Shown here: positions 1 through 14,715 of the stretch, piece by piece | How positions within the stretch are numbered: the stretch's first letter is position 1 | Layout of the letters: each line of letters opens with the position of its first letter | Assembly: GCF_006345805.1 (NCBI RefSeq) | Contig: NC_043002.1 | Location: forward strand, 101,742,001-101,806,000 | Reading direction: 5' to 3' | DNA: 64,000 nucleotides | DNA from: Octopus sinensis | Lineage: Eukaryota | Made by a program: the position numbers and the translations under genes | The notes under the pieces: generated by a model | The model's input: only the letters and a program-made list of their open reading frames with translations | Databases searched by the model: none | Told to the model about the DNA's origin: nothing

Positions 1-610
1 ACTAACCACACCATTGCGAGTTCAATTCCAGGCAGTACTTTGAATAAATAATAATAATAATAATGCCCTGATGCAGTACCAGGCAGTGGCTCTCATGGCT
101 TCTGATCTTAACCGATTGGAAGTGTTGTCATGTGCATTGTTTTTGTCTCGGTATAAAAGATGTCCTGCAGCAAATATTCTGCTCAATACCACAGATTTGC
201 TTGTCAGTTGTTTGACCATAACCAGTTGAGCATGTCCCTTAGTGGCTGACGATATGTGCATCTCTGATCACGATCAGAAGTAGTGGGGGAGCATCATAGC
301 CATGTGTTGAGAGGGATTCTTTGGGTTTTGAATAATTCACCTCTGGAAACATGGGTGCTTCGTTCAACATCCTTAAACAAACCTTATCCAGGGACCTTTT
401 GAGCGGGATGAGCTACTCGACCAGAAGAAAATTGTAACTGGGCGACACCTGCAAGGTCATGTGCTGTTTATCTTGATTTGAGATCACCATGTTGCGGAAT
501 ATGGTTGTGATGCATGTGCCTGGTGTACCCTTATCAGAGAGGTAGTAATGGGCTTTGTATATTTGCACCCCAGTGTCACTTTGATGGCATGCACTGCTCT
601 CTCACTCAAT
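1..610 (+). mobile_element. 5'-cut tRNA-headed SINE-like interspersed repeat
   Basis: B-box-like GAGTTCAATTCC at 18-29, a body more GC-rich than the flanks, and an (AAC)n tail. Family assignment is by pattern recognition only. Confidence 0.4.
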
Positions 611-621
611 AACAACAACAG

Positions 622-651
<30 letters not shown>

Positions 652-652
<1 letters not shown>

Positions 653-1030
653 CTATATAAACGGCAGTTTGTCTGTGCGTGTTTCTGTGTGTCTGTTTGC
701 TTGTACCCTCACCCTGACCACGGCTTTCAACCGATTCTGATGAAACTTGACACACACATAGCCCAATGTCATAATTCAAAACTAACGCAGCGAAAATTTT
801 GAAAAGTTCCCCCAGTTCTGAAAACAATCGATAAATTCGACATGGGGTCGAGAATCAGAAACACAAACCATAAACTGTCTAGGAGACGAAACTCCACCTT
901 TTTTAAATCTCAAAAAAAAATTTACCATCATTTTTTTTCCATTTTTTTGCTATTTTTTGGCTATAACTCTCTAAAAATGCTTTATAGTTATTTCCCTTAC
1001 AAACCTGAGCAACGCCGGGCGATACTGCTA

Positions 1031-1031
<1 letters not shown>
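652..1031 (+). mobile_element. Non-autonomous Helitron-like element, copy 1
   Basis: A|TC 5' end (TCTATATAAACGGCAG). The 3' end has a GC-rich hairpin (CCTGAGCAACGCCGGG) then CTAG|T. Near-identical copies at 22266-22631 and 63233-63617. No TSD. Confidence 0.8.
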
Positions 1032-1069
<38 letters not shown>

Positions 1070-1072
1070 TAT

Positions 1073-1375
1073 ATCACCGTGACCGACCAGGCTATCAAAT
1101 GTTTCTACACATCGCTGGTCACAATGCGCTTCGCATTGTCTTTTTAGCCATTAAATGACGCCACCCCGCTGGATAAGCGATCAGGCCAATAGAGGAAAGA
1201 GTGAGAGAAAGTTGTGGCGAAAGTGTACAGCAGGGATCGCCAACATCCCCTGCCGGAGGCTCGTGGTGCTTTAGGTGTTTTCGGTCAATAAACACTCACA
1301 ACGTCCGGTCTGGGAATCGAAACCGCGATCCTACGAACGCGAGTCCGCTGCCCTAACCACTGGGCTATTGCGCCT

Positions 1376-1378
<3 letters not shown>
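1073..1378 (-). mobile_element. tRNA-derived SINE, head family 1, tail type A
   Basis: Minus strand begins TGGAGGCGCAATAGCCCAGTGGTTAGGGCAGCGGACTCGC...GGTTTCGATTCCCAGACCGG (A/B boxes). Tail shared with 33848-34152. Confidence 0.85.
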
Positions 1379-1440
<62 letters not shown>

Positions 1441-1754
1441 CATCAGAAGCAAGTTTCAAATAATAGTCATTGCATACTTTTCCTTTCTTGGGGCAAATTT
1501 AGTTTACAGATGTTTCCAGAATTAATTACAGGTACATTACTGATGAGTTAACTGGATTGATCTATTGATTAATATAGGAGAATCGAATGACCTCAGAAAA
1601 TTCATGTTCCTTTCATCAGAGCCATATGATCACTTCAAAAAACTGCAAGTACAGGCAACGCTTGATTTTTAACATCCCTCTTATGTGTTGAATTATGTAT
1701 AGCTGGGCGTAACCACAGAGCTGGCAGGAAAACTTTTGTCAGGTGTCTCAACTA

Positions 1755-3060
1755 TGTCCCCGTGAAGGTTTCTCTCTGCGCAAAAATGTAGTCTACAAGT
1801 GCCGAGTTATAAAAATCCTGCTCCTACCAAGCAGGGGTTTATATCGGCGGCACTATTGATTTTAAGCGCCGCTACCAAACACACATGAATTTTTTTCTCC
1901 AATCCAAATTCTAAATTATCTATCTCTTTAGCGACTTATATACACACTCAAGCCCCTAAATGTTCCCTTTTCCCTATCCTGGTCCTTCGTGACGCTCCTC
2001 CATACAACACAAACCTTGGTATTTGTAAGTTGTGTTTAAGTGATTCGCTAACCATACTTTGCAACCACGACCCCCATTTACTTAATATATGTTCAGACGT
2101 AATACTCTCTTGTAAACACAAGTCTTACTCTTCATTAGCCCATTTTATTAAATCTATGTAATCCCATAATTATGGTTATCCTTAATTATAATTAAACTTG
2201 GGTTACAACTAGGTCAGTCTAGCAACTTACACCCCTTCCTATTAAATTATTCCTTATGGTTCCATTTGCAAGGTCCCCTCACCCATCATATCCCACTTCC
2301 CTCATGTCCTCCCCATCTTCGCAGGTGGTATTCTTTTCCAATTGTCTCATTTTCCTTCTTCAAACAAAAGCATTTAAAACTATACCCCTCACCTGGCTTC
2401 TAACCTATGAAGTTCTCCCTCCCTCTATTCAATTTCCCCCACTCCCCTTTCATTCCCAGCTCATCATCAATATTCTACTAACCACCGTTACATTGACTAC
2501 CTACTCATTCGCCACTCTGTCCGCCTCCCTTTCTCTTCTCTCATACCTTTCTGCATACCTAATTAATCTCTCTCCGACACTGAATTAGACATTTTTCATC
2601 CTTCAGATAATTGTCACCCCTTTTCTCACTATCTCAAATACCGATAAACCTACAGCTTTGTTCCCTATACCTTGACATCTATACATAAACCCCAAATCAA
2701 CTTCAACTACTTCAATTACTACCTATTCCACCCCTACTACTCATCTCCCAACTCTCTACCATTAATACAATCTTCCTTGATACCCTCTTTAGTAACACCG
2801 TCCCCATTTCCTAAACTAGCTCTCTTACCTCCTCTCACCTGTCTTGACACTCCCCTTAACCCCACAGCCTAACTCTCCACATTTAATCATTTCACAGAAG
2901 AACTCTTCAATATGATATGAATGTAAGATCTTCTCTACCCAGATGACGGGGGTTCGATTTATCAAATGGCCATTGCTTCCATTACGACCGCATATTGTAA
3001 TGAACTATATCAGCATTACGATGGATCTCCGAGCTCCCAGAAACAGCTGTTGGACTTATA
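1755..3060 (+). mobile_element. Penelope-like element 3' remnant (GIY-YIG endonuclease fragment plus long pyrimidine-rich 3' region)
   Basis: 1755-1900 translates, with one frameshift, to CPREGFSLRKNVVYKCRV...YIGGTIDFKRRYQTH, a Penelope-type GIY-YIG pattern. It is followed by about 1 kb of C/T-rich sequence and an HHR-like motif. Confidence 0.65.
2938..3053 (+). ncRNA. Degenerate type I hammerhead-like motif with a large stem II insert
   Basis: C(A)GATGA, stem GGGGGTTCG/CGAGCTCCC, GAAAC, palindrome AACAGCTGTT and a GUU site. U4 is mutated and stem I is only 2 bp. Confidence 0.4.
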
Positions 3061-3433
3061 ACACGTTTCTTCCTTCATCTAATTTTCTCTGTCGCTGGTA
3101 ATCTATGTAAGGTAGATCTATCAATATAAATATTTATATATTTATACATAATTATCCATAGTCTGAAGGTTTCCAGCTTTTGCTTTCTCTTGATTTGCGC
3201 GTATATATATATACATACATATTGTGTATTGCATGCCCAAACTGCTATATTTAATACATTTAATTTTTTTATCCGCATAATAGCCTCCAAATCTGTTCAA
3301 CTTGATCCCCCTAATAGCCATTCCTTAAGCCGTGGAATTGATCCCTTGTAAAGACATCGGAGTCTAAATTTGAATCTCTTGAGCACTTCTGTGTTCTGTA
3401 CAGAGAATCTTTAGATCTCATGTAATGAATATA

Positions 3434-3480
<47 letters not shown>

Positions 3481-3645
3481 ATGCGTGCGTACATTATGTG
3501 CATGTGCGTGTGTGCGTGCTTATACAGAGATGTGATACAGTGATTCAGAGAAGGAAAAGAGAAAAGTTAGACAATGAGAAATATTGTTTGCATTGATGGA
3601 TATTTATGGAGGGAGATAGTTTCTTCTTTATAACATTAGTACCTA

Positions 3646-3700
<55 letters not shown>

Positions 3701-4181
3701 ATATATAATATATAAACCCATGGTAGATATATATATATATAAACCCATGGTAGCTTGGACAATGAACGTTAAATGATAATGACATACAGATAGATAGATA
3801 GATAGGTAGGTAGGTAGGTAGGTAGGTAGGTAGGTAGGTAGGTAGGTAGGTAGGTAGGTAAGTAGGTAGGTAGATAGATAGGTAAACGCTTATATTCATT
3901 AGTTTTGTGATAGACATATTTGACCTCCGTTCTTTGCACAGTTTTGATATCTGATTCAATTCACATACGATTGGAGAATTTAGCGAATGATACATGAGGA
4001 AATTGCGGCAGCCGTGTCCAAGAACACATAGGTGCTAACAGTGTTTACTCCTTCATGCTTGAAACATTTTTCGACGACTTCTAGAACTTACAGACAGAAC
4101 AAGTGGTGAAAGAATTTTAAATATATTCTAAATTACCTTACTGAATTGATTATTACGGCTTCTTTTCAATGAATAAACCTC

Positions 4182-4256
<75 letters not shown>

Positions 4257-4523
4257 CATCTTCCTATCCCTGCTATATTGGGAAGCCAAAATATAATTGA
4301 ATCCTGAGTGAGATAAGAAACTGATTTACGTGACTTTGTGTTTCTTGAGAGATTTATGAAGCAAAAATAAAGAGCAGCTAATGACTAAATGTGTATATTA
4401 GAGTATTGTTTCTCTAAATTAGGTTGCAGAGCGCGTTATGTTTGTGCGAATCAGTTGTGCGTGTTTGCGCGCGCGTGTATATATATATACACGGACACGC
4501 GCGCACACACAATGTGTATGTAA

Positions 4524-4584
<61 letters not shown>

Positions 4585-6002
4585 TTATATACTTATACAC
4601 ATGTCTCTCTGTCTCCCTCTCCCGATCGATATATATATATATATATATATATATGTTTGTGTACGTATGTATACACGTATATGGATATATACATATATGT
4701 AATAATATCTACACTTTATGCATGAATGATATATGCGTGCACACACATGCTCACAAGCATATTTGTATGTATTTTTGACTAAGATCAAAATGTTGTGCGT
4801 GCGGTCGTTTTTGTGGATATGATTGGTGTATGTGTGTGCGTTTGTGTATGTGTGTATCTATGATTCCCGTGTCATTGTATATGTGTACGTATGCAGAGAA
4901 GCTAAGCTGGTGATGGTGATAACAAAGAAACAGCGAAATATGATAAGACGAGATAAATAGTTATTTATTTGCATTTCTTGTTACATGATATCTAGTAATG
5001 AATAAATTTTGAAGGTTCATACAAACGCTAACTGAAGTTAGAAAAAGAAAATGTCATATTCGTTTCATATAGAACTCTTCTTGCTATTGTATCTTTCGTT
5101 ATACATATTTCTAGCGGTCTATTGCAAAGGTAACGTGTTCTTACGGTAGAAGATCGAATAGAGATGAAATCATCCTTCTGGGAAAATGAAAAGAAGGCAA
5201 TCTAAATAATTGGTTTGATGCAATCGGTTGGTTTTTGTCGCACAAATTGCGTTGCCTTTTGTCTTCCAAGGGCTCTCTGTTATGCAATAAAGTCTACAGA
5301 AGTTTTAAATTAGGGATCGTGCGATTGATGGCAAAAGGGAGAGTAATGTAACATGTATATAGGAATCGTCTATCCAGGAACACGTGAGGGTCTCTGTTGG
5401 TAAGTACCAAATTAACTTATCGAGGTCGCTTGTCCATAAAGCAGTTTTTGCATTGATTAACCCTTGGACGGGAGGCCTCAGACATTTTATACTTTGTCAA
5501 ATGGTAGTCCATGTGTGGTCCAAAACGGGTTATTTTTATATTTACAGCAAACGCCTGTGACTGGAATCCTTTCCTGGCTCAACTCTTTCGATGATATTAC
5601 AGTGACAGCTGGACGGGAAGTTTGATGCTGCTCACCCCGTCAAATTGAGCTCTGCTTTGATTATCCTGAGCGGAAAAAGATCATCCGACCCAAACATAGA
5701 GCGCTTTGTAATTATTTTACAACTACTGATGACACAGGAGAGAGAGAGAGGGGGGTGATGACGTGTCAGCTATACGAAAGCGAGGTACTGTAGTTAAGCA
5801 CCTTTAGCTTTAACGATTTCGGAAACATCCATGAATGTGGCTATGCCAATCCTTTCCCTTGTAAATTCAATGAGAAATAAATGCAACACATATCGAGGGA
5901 ATAATCTTTTAGTATAAACTTGCATTAACAAGTGAAGGAAGTCTTTGAATATTGACTCGAAAGTTGTTTCCCATGTCAACAGTAATCGTTACTGGTAAAT
6001 GT

Positions 6003-6141
6003 TTACAGTGAAGTGGAATCGAGGTTTCGGCGTGTTGCTTCTTCACCAATGCTTAATATGGCCTGCTTCACCAACTTCGTATACGAATGATCCTCTTCGA
6101 CACAAGCCAACAAGAGATTCTGTAGGCCATCGCCCGACATG
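6003..6141 (-). CDS. Candidate terminal coding exon of an unidentified gene
   Basis: Acceptor CCATTTACAG|C, then an open frame MSGDGLQNLLLACVEEDHSYTKLVKQAILSIGEEATRRNLDSTSL ending in TAA. Non-repetitive, protein-like composition. Homology not recognised. Confidence 0.4.
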
Positions 6142-6634
6142 CTGTAAATGGTAACCAAACCTCCCTCTGTACACACCAAGCGGTTAAAAAGCTTGCACCA
6201 CCACCACCACTACCACAACTACAACAGCAGCAAGAAAAACAACATCAACAACATCAACAACATATCAGTGCCACGTTTATGTGATTTACACAATCTTTTC
6301 ATTTCACGATGCTCAATGGTTTAATTTTTTGATGGGCTCCAATTCTTCCACAGCACACGGAGGAAGAAGAATCCCTATCTCCATGGATAAGTTGCCAGTC
6401 ACTTGAATGGAGCATTTCCCAAAAAAAAACAATTTAAAATCAACATTGCGATCTGAGAACAAAAGAATTCTTCAATGCATTTCCTAGTGATATTACTGCT
6501 ACTGCCATTAGCCATTCCTCTCCATAGCAATTTACCACAGGACAAGTGAATCGGCCCACAATGCCATACATTGCAGTTGACCTGACGCGAACTGTTGATG
6601 TCCCGTTCCCTATTAAACCAGCTGTCTGCTCTGT

Positions 6635-7006
6635 CTCTTGTTTCAGTCATGGGGCTGTGGCAATGCCCCCGTATCACCTTGAAACATTTACTCGAACGAA
6701 TCGACCTCCAGCACTTATGTCTGGTGCTAATCCCATCAGTTTGTTTTGCTGAACCGCTAAGTTACAGGGACGTAAACAAATCAACACCCGGTGTCAAGTG
6801 GTGGGGAAGAACAAATACAAAACACATATATACATACACGTATATGACTGGCTTCTTTCAGTTTCCGTCTAGAAAATCCAGTCTCAAGACTTTACTAGGT
6901 TCGAGGCTATAGGTTCGATACTTGCCCAAGGTACCATGCAATAAGAGTCAACCTCGGATCGTGTGTTTTGGAAGCCAAACTCCATACCACACAGCCACGC
7001 CTGCGC
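6635..7006 (-). mobile_element. Bipartite SINE (head family 2, internal microsatellite, conserved tail), diverged
   Basis: Head resembles GTGGCTGTGTGGTAAG...CCTTGGGCAAG, with a (TA/CA) spacer and tail ...GACTGAAACAAG. Matches 8521-8932, 47191-47605 and 55873-56240. Confidence 0.75.
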
Positions 7007-8379
7007 ACAACATTCATTTTAACAAGTTATTGGTTAACAAAAGATACAGCATGTTAATGGAGCAATGGCGAGTGTGAGACAGTTAACATTATGGCTACAT
7101 ATTTCAATAAACAAAAGCTTTCAATTCAGTTGCCGTTTCGTGACCAGCTAACATTTAAAAAACAAAAAAAAAAAAAAGGAAAACGACTTCTGTTACTTTC
7201 TTACTATTCTATTTCAAATACAAAGTTAATTTATAAAACTTCAAACCAACAGACAATAGCAGGAGAGGAATGGAACGGAGGATAATGTGCGATGTGTAGT
7301 CGTCGCAGAAAGTAAAAAAGAACAAAATAAAAATAATCCGGAGAATATAGAAAAATCACAGCAGGGCATGTCACTACAACATAAAACTCCGAAGATTGCC
7401 ATTACAGCAGATGAATGCGGACTCTTGCATGAATATTCTTCTGTAATTTGAACAGTAAAAAGGCATGTCAAATAGCCATAAAACTAGGACTGACAGAAAA
7501 ATTTAAATCTGCACAACCATCGAGTAGTAATATTATCACTTAACTTTGCGTTCGTTTTTATGGTGGTGGTGATGGTGGTAGTGGTAGTTGTGTTAATGGT
7601 GGAGATGGTAGTGCTGCTGCTGCTGCTGCTGCTGGTGGTGGTGGTGGTGGTGGTGGTGGTGGTGGTGGTGTTGTTGTTGTTGGTGTTGGTGTTGGTGGAG
7701 GAGATGGAGGAGAGATTAGATACATTACAATTCAGAATAAGTCGGAAGAAGCGCTGTTAATAAAATATGCGATATGAACATTTGAATCAGAAGCGTGCTT
7801 TTCCTGTTAACTTTCCATCGTGTTACTATGTGATTCAGTAAAAAGCTGTTCGGAAGAAACGATTGAAGTTATTGAACGTGAGATTATGGAGATAGTATGA
7901 GTAACATTAGGACGGGGTGGAGCGAGCAAAATTTTATACTCTTGACCTAATTTTGTGTTTGATCTATAGATATATCACTGGCATTTTAATTGGCATCGTG
8001 TCGGACAAGGTCAGTTATGCTAAATCTCGCCATTTTCTAACAACATTTCGATCGATTCTGTGAAATTTAATAAGCAATCCTTTTAAATACCCGAATTGGC
8101 AAAGCTATCTCGCTCCTTGCAAGTAATTACTTCAAGTCAACAAGAAGCAGAGAACTGAAGAACAAGATTCTCTCATAAACAAAGATGTTGATATTTTGTG
8201 AACATCAAACAGACAAACGGCGAAGAGAAGAGAGAGGTGGCGGCGAGGGTGGGGGTGAGGAGGGAGAGGAAGAGAGTTGTTGCTGTCGTTGTTGGTGTTT
8301 TTGCTTTATAACTCCGGTTAGCTTTGGCCAACTCATTTTATAATTAAAGACGCTCGAACCATGACCAACCTGCTGATGT

Positions 8380-8412
<33 letters not shown>

Positions 8413-8520
8413 CTCGCACAGACATACACACATATACGCATGTGTATGCATGCATATGTATCTCTTCCTCTCTCTCTCTCTCTCTCTCTCTCTTCTATAT
8501 ATATATATATATATATATTC

Positions 8521-9240
<720 letters not shown>

Positions 9241-10435
9241 TAGTAATAATATATATATATTGTCCAGTGTGTCCTTTGCCTGTGACGATGATTGCTTCCA
9301 ACGTGCAACTGAGATATTTTGGGAACTGTCTTCCAAGTTAAATACCAAGTATCTTACATGTCGAGTTGCAAGTGTTGTTGTTGTTGTTGTCGAGTAGGCC
9401 ACTATCAAACTTGCTATTATATATTTGTAGGACAATACTATTTGATTTTTGAGTGGGGCCTAAGTTGCGGCTTGAGGGAGATTTGGCTGCTATTCGCATG
9501 TGATTTAGTGCCGCCTGGGAAATTCATTGATAGAGTTGACGTTGGTATTGCAAATGAAGTTACTGATTAATGATGGCGGTCGGAGTGGGGGTGATGGTGG
9601 TGATGTCGCTGGTGGTAGTGATGGTAGTCTTCGTGGTGGTGATGGTGACGGTTGTAGTCGCGGTTGTGGTAAAAGAGATGTTGCTGCTCTTCCTTTACGT
9701 ATTATGAATGTTGGTGTTGACGCTATTGTTGCTGTTGTTGTTTTCGGCTTCATCAATGTTGTCGATAGTGATGACGCGGCTATTGAAGTGGTGTTGGCAG
9801 CATTTATGTCGATGCTGTCATCTGTGGTGGTTGGCATGTCGGTACTTTTTTTAAAGGGTAGATGGCGTAGATGGTGTTGGTGTTCTCTTAGTCCTTGTTG
9901 CTATGTGAGTGTTGGTATGAGTGGAAGTGGTGAAGACGGCGCTGGCCTTTTACTGACAGAATTCGTAACTGTAGACGTTTATCCCCTGGTTTACTTTTCA
10001 CAAGCACAATTATGACCAAAGGCAATCCAAATATGCCCACCCTGTCTTTTCTCCAGATGTTTGGAACTCAGCAGAACAGTGTCCAGCGTGTCTTTTACTA
10101 AATGTGCAGTATTATATTTGAGGGAGGTTTGACTATTCTTTCTTGCAGGTCGTTTGTTGATGTTGATGCTGTTCTTGGTGGCAGTGACCTCGGTGTTGCT
10201 ATTTGAACTGTTCTTGTCGCCATTGGTGTTGTTTTTGTTGTCGGTGGTGTTGCTGCTGTTGTTGTTGCTGTTGGTGGTGGTGGTCGTAGTGGTGGGATGG
10301 TGGTAGTTTTGTTATTAATGTTATGGCGGAGACGGTGAAAGCAAGCGATAAGATTAAAGAGATAGACTCTATTGATAACAGCTGTCAATAGTAAGAGACA
10401 TCTGGAAAGAAACATCATACGGAACGCCGACATTG

Positions 10436-10498
<63 letters not shown>

Positions 10499-12324
10499 GT
10501 GTATCTCCAAACCAATTCACCCAAGCACATTCAATCAAAGTGGGGCACGTGACCGTATATTATACTTGACTTGCTCTGTCGATACACAAATTACAAGTGC
10601 ACAGTTGCACACACACACACACACACACACATACACACACACACACTGTGCTTGCAAATACAAATACGCGCACACTCGCACACATTCACAAATTCACACC
10701 AAGATCCATAAACGTACATACACATATGCGAAAGTTATTTGAGGTCGTATTTGCGAATTTAATAAAACAACTCTAACAAAACCAAATGTATTTTAATAAA
10801 TATTGTGACCGATAAGCTTGCTTAGAATTTTATTTTATGAATCCATCCTCAAGGAAACTAGCATAGATAGATAGGTATATAGATTGATTGATAGATATAT
10901 TGATAGATTTATAGGTAGATAGATTGATAGATAGATAAATAGAAAAAATAGGTAGATAGATAGATAAATAGATCACTATTAGTTTTGCCAATTAATTTAG
11001 AATCCTTGAAGAAGACAAATAAAAGCAAACCATCGCAGTTGTTTTCAGAAATTGCTACCAAACACCAAATTCGGTCTTAATTACGTTGACTAAATTCTCC
11101 AAAATCACAAGGTCCATATCGCAGTTACTTCCCTTGATTATTGTTAATGTATCTTCACACATCATTGAATGGAAATTATTGCATTAATTGCTCGGGTAAT
11201 CTCAAAAGCTCGAAGTTTTTTTTTTAATTCAAAATATATTACACTGTGGCATGCTGCCATATCTCTTAGTAACGTTCACAGTTGTTCTGCAACAGTTTTC
11301 TTAGTTGGTCCATTAAAAGAGAGTGATTATGATTTAAAAACAAAAAAGTGGCAAGTTTTGTAGCATATTTCTGCCTGTCATTCTCTTAAGCATTGCAAAC
11401 AATGCAAGTTTGTTGTATTTGATAAAAATGAACAACAGAAATCTGACAGGAGTTGGTCATACAGGCACGAGAAAAAATATAGGAATTGCATCACGTAAGT
11501 TGGATAATGATAGATATGTTTCCCTTCAACTACCTGTCCATCATATTTTCTTAGCTGAACACTCGTTATTTCTTTTCCATTTATGCTTCAATTTAATTAA
11601 GTCTAGGTCGGTACATCACCGAAGAAATCGACAAACCCGGAGAGTTTGTTAAATAAAATGCATCAACGTTTGGCATATTTTATCGCATCCGACTAACTAA
11701 TCTGTCAAAATAGTTTTTTCTCTTTTCATCTTGTTTTTCCCCAGTTGCTGTTCGGTACTGGAGCATAGCTGAAAATAGAGTTTGGGGAGAGATTTCCTTG
11801 TCAAATATAGTTGATAAGAGTTTCTTTTATCTGTGGTCGACGTTCACAAATGTTCTGAAATATTCTGCCCGGAAACAAAACACAAACAGAAATAAAACCT
11901 TCACTTGATGTATTGACAGCATTGTACTTCATGCAATGTGCATTTATGCTACAGTTCTTTTGTCTGAAGTCCACCCCCGACTGTCAATACAACACCCTTC
12001 TTTTTCGCTCACTCGCCGTTCTATTCTTTATGCCAATCTTTACTTTCTACTCAGGTTTTTGTTAGAAAATATATTATAACAACCGCTGGCGTTATCATTA
12101 AATATATTTTTAAGTAATGATCTACTGGTTTGCTGAGCTCAACTCAAGTATTGTTGGAGCCTTAACGAAATAAGGGCAAATACTTATGTTGGTTCTTTTC
12201 ATTCTTATTGTTGTTGTTCATCTTCACCAGAACTCCTCTTATGACAAAGGTTATAAAGAAATTTTCTAATCGGGCTTCAACGACTCCAGTGTTAAAGAGA
12301 CAACATCGTTAATGTGCAGTAAAA

Positions 12325-12520
12325 GAGGGCGAGCTGCCAGAATCGTAGTACATCGCAGGAAATCCTCGGCAGCACTTCGCCAAACTTTACGTTTCGACTT
12401 CAAATTCCATAGAGATCGACTTTCACTGTCATTCTTTCGTAGTCGGTAAAATGAGTTCCAGCTGCGCACTAAAATTAATAAAATCGACTGGCCCGATTCC
12501 CTGTCAATGTGCCAAATTTG
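12325..12520 (+). mobile_element. Diverged SINE, head family 3
   Basis: GGCGAGCTGCCAGAATCGTAG...TTCAAATTCC...GATCGACTTT; resembles the reverse complement of 18120-18320 and 40540-40760. Confidence 0.6.
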
Positions 12521-12606
12521 AAGCCATTGTTAATGTAGTTATACCTTATTCTCTGAATTCAGGTACCTTTGGCTTTTAAAAAGGTAAACTCGTATCACTT
12601 CATTAC

Positions 12607-12665
12607 CTGATGTTTTTCCTTAAATATGAACTAGAAATTTCTCTTCCATGGAACTTGTTAATGAC
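12607..12665 (-). CDS. Candidate internal exon (phase 0 to 2)
   Basis: TAG|GTC...CATCAG|GTAATG, frame VINKFHGREISSSYLRKNI. Phase-compatible with the exon at 6003-6141. Acceptor is weak. Confidence 0.25.
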
Positions 12666-12982
12666 CTAATTTACTTTACTGAATAGATATTCTAACATGA
12701 AAATAATCACTTATTTTGAATTAGGTTTCTATTCCTTTTCCCCAAGTTTCTGATTATAAACTCTTTATTGGAAAATTTCACCAGTCTCTTTTATCACCAA
12801 ACGAAACCAAACTAACTCAACCAGTTTTTCCCCTCAATAACAAGCAGGACCATTGTTCTAGTGGCGTAATATATACATATATACATATACACATATGTAT
12901 GTATGCATGTAAATATATGTGTGTATGCGCGTTTGTGTGTATGTATGCATATATATACATACACTAATATATATATATATAT

Positions 12983-13030
<48 letters not shown>

Positions 13031-14429
13031 CATATGTATATAAAGAAGAAAACATGTACAGTTAGTCATTGCCAATATTTCACCAGGGGATAACCTTAAT
13101 AAGTTTCATTTGAAAACGGCTGCCAATACGTTACAAATGTGTAACATTAGCCAGTCTGTTGCATGATTTGTTTGCAGACAGTGTAGTCAGTAAATACATT
13201 TTGGGACTCAGACTTAATAAAACAGTTTTCTAAAAGTGTAAATTATAGTGTTACATTGTTTCTGTCACATTCTAATGGTATTTGACGATTGATTGTTTTA
13301 GAGCTGCCTAGATCGATAGCAAGCAGGTGTTATCGATACAGTATGGTTTTAAGTAGCTCTAAACTAGTTACTTAAAGCTTTATGGATCTATTCTTCTCGG
13401 GTGTTATGAATCAATTAAATGTGGGTGTTATCAATAGATTGCTTTATGTCGATAAGGGTCAATAGGTGTTTGGTTTTGTATTTTTAAATTTGCAATAGCT
13501 TGCAGCTCTAGGCAACGTTCAGCTGGATTAGTTTGAGTGGTGGCGTTATATTTCCCTGTTATATTTATACATTATCATATCCGAGATGCATTAATGGAAC
13601 TAAGCTGTTACTTTCAGAATAGCTGATTTTACAATTCGATGATAAAAGACTTGTATTAACCATGTATAATGATGTGGATTGATTTTGAAAAGACAATAAG
13701 AGAAAAGAGAATAGAGAGAATGTACTCAAATACCGGTAAGAGAACGTGCTTGCCTTAATTAATTATGACTTATAGATATTAAAGATATCGCTAGCTGAAA
13801 TTTTCTCCGGTGCATCTCACGAACAAGAATATGCTAAGGCAGATTTTAGATGTGAAGAAACGAAGAGCAAAGTATAATATATAGAAAGCTTTTTGCATGG
13901 AAAAAAAAAGCAGAGAAGCACGATAAATGGACTGAAATAGTTACGTTAACATACGTTCAAGATAAAAATCATGCTGGAGGCAACAATCATTTTTATCCAA
14001 GCGAGATTTAAACATCAATTACTGGCTACATACAACATGCTATATACAATGTATGTGGTACCCAGTAAGTGTAGAGATTTGAAAATTTACATCCGAACAT
14101 ATTACTGTTAATTAATATCTGAAAGCAAAGGGTTACAGAATATCAGAAAGCCAGAATTAAGTTTCTTCTGGGATGAGCCGGTATTAATTCTTGAATATAT
14201 GATTGCAATAATTAGTCATCATCGTAAACGGCCTAATGACATCGAATATTCATTTTATTTATCGTAGGAGGATGACGCATGTATTTACCTATATACAGGT
14301 AATATAAGGCAATTTAATGTAATATATTATAATATATATGTGTGTGTGTGCAGGATATATAAATAGATGCATGCATACATATACACAGACATAAACTCTC
14401 AATCCCGCTTCTATCAATCCACGTATATT

Positions 14430-14500
<71 letters not shown>

Positions 14501-14503
14501 ATG

Positions 14504-14539
<36 letters not shown>

Positions 14540-14670
14540 ATATATTATATATATATATATATATACATATATATATCACAAGATCCCAAAAACATACACA
14601 CCTGTGAAACTCTAAGTAATGTAGAGTTGGTTCAAACTGCTAAAATATTTTTTTACAGCCGCTCACACAA

Positions 14671-14708
<38 letters not shown>

Positions 14709-14715
<7 letters not shown>

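Noticed and set aside
734-750. CTGATGAAAC inside the Helitron-like element
   Set aside because: No room for stem II and no flanking stems.
7262-7450. Plus-strand frame ending ...GLLHEYSSVI*
   Set aside because: Poor acceptor and no upstream partner exons.
9505-10540. Several 100-160 aa T/S/P/V/G-rich ORFs
   Set aside because: Trinucleotide-repeat low-complexity sequence with stops between frames and no convincing splice sites.
12266-12469. Exon-like minus-strand ORF (RSWNSFYRLRK...)
   Set aside because: It overlaps a diverged family-3 SINE.
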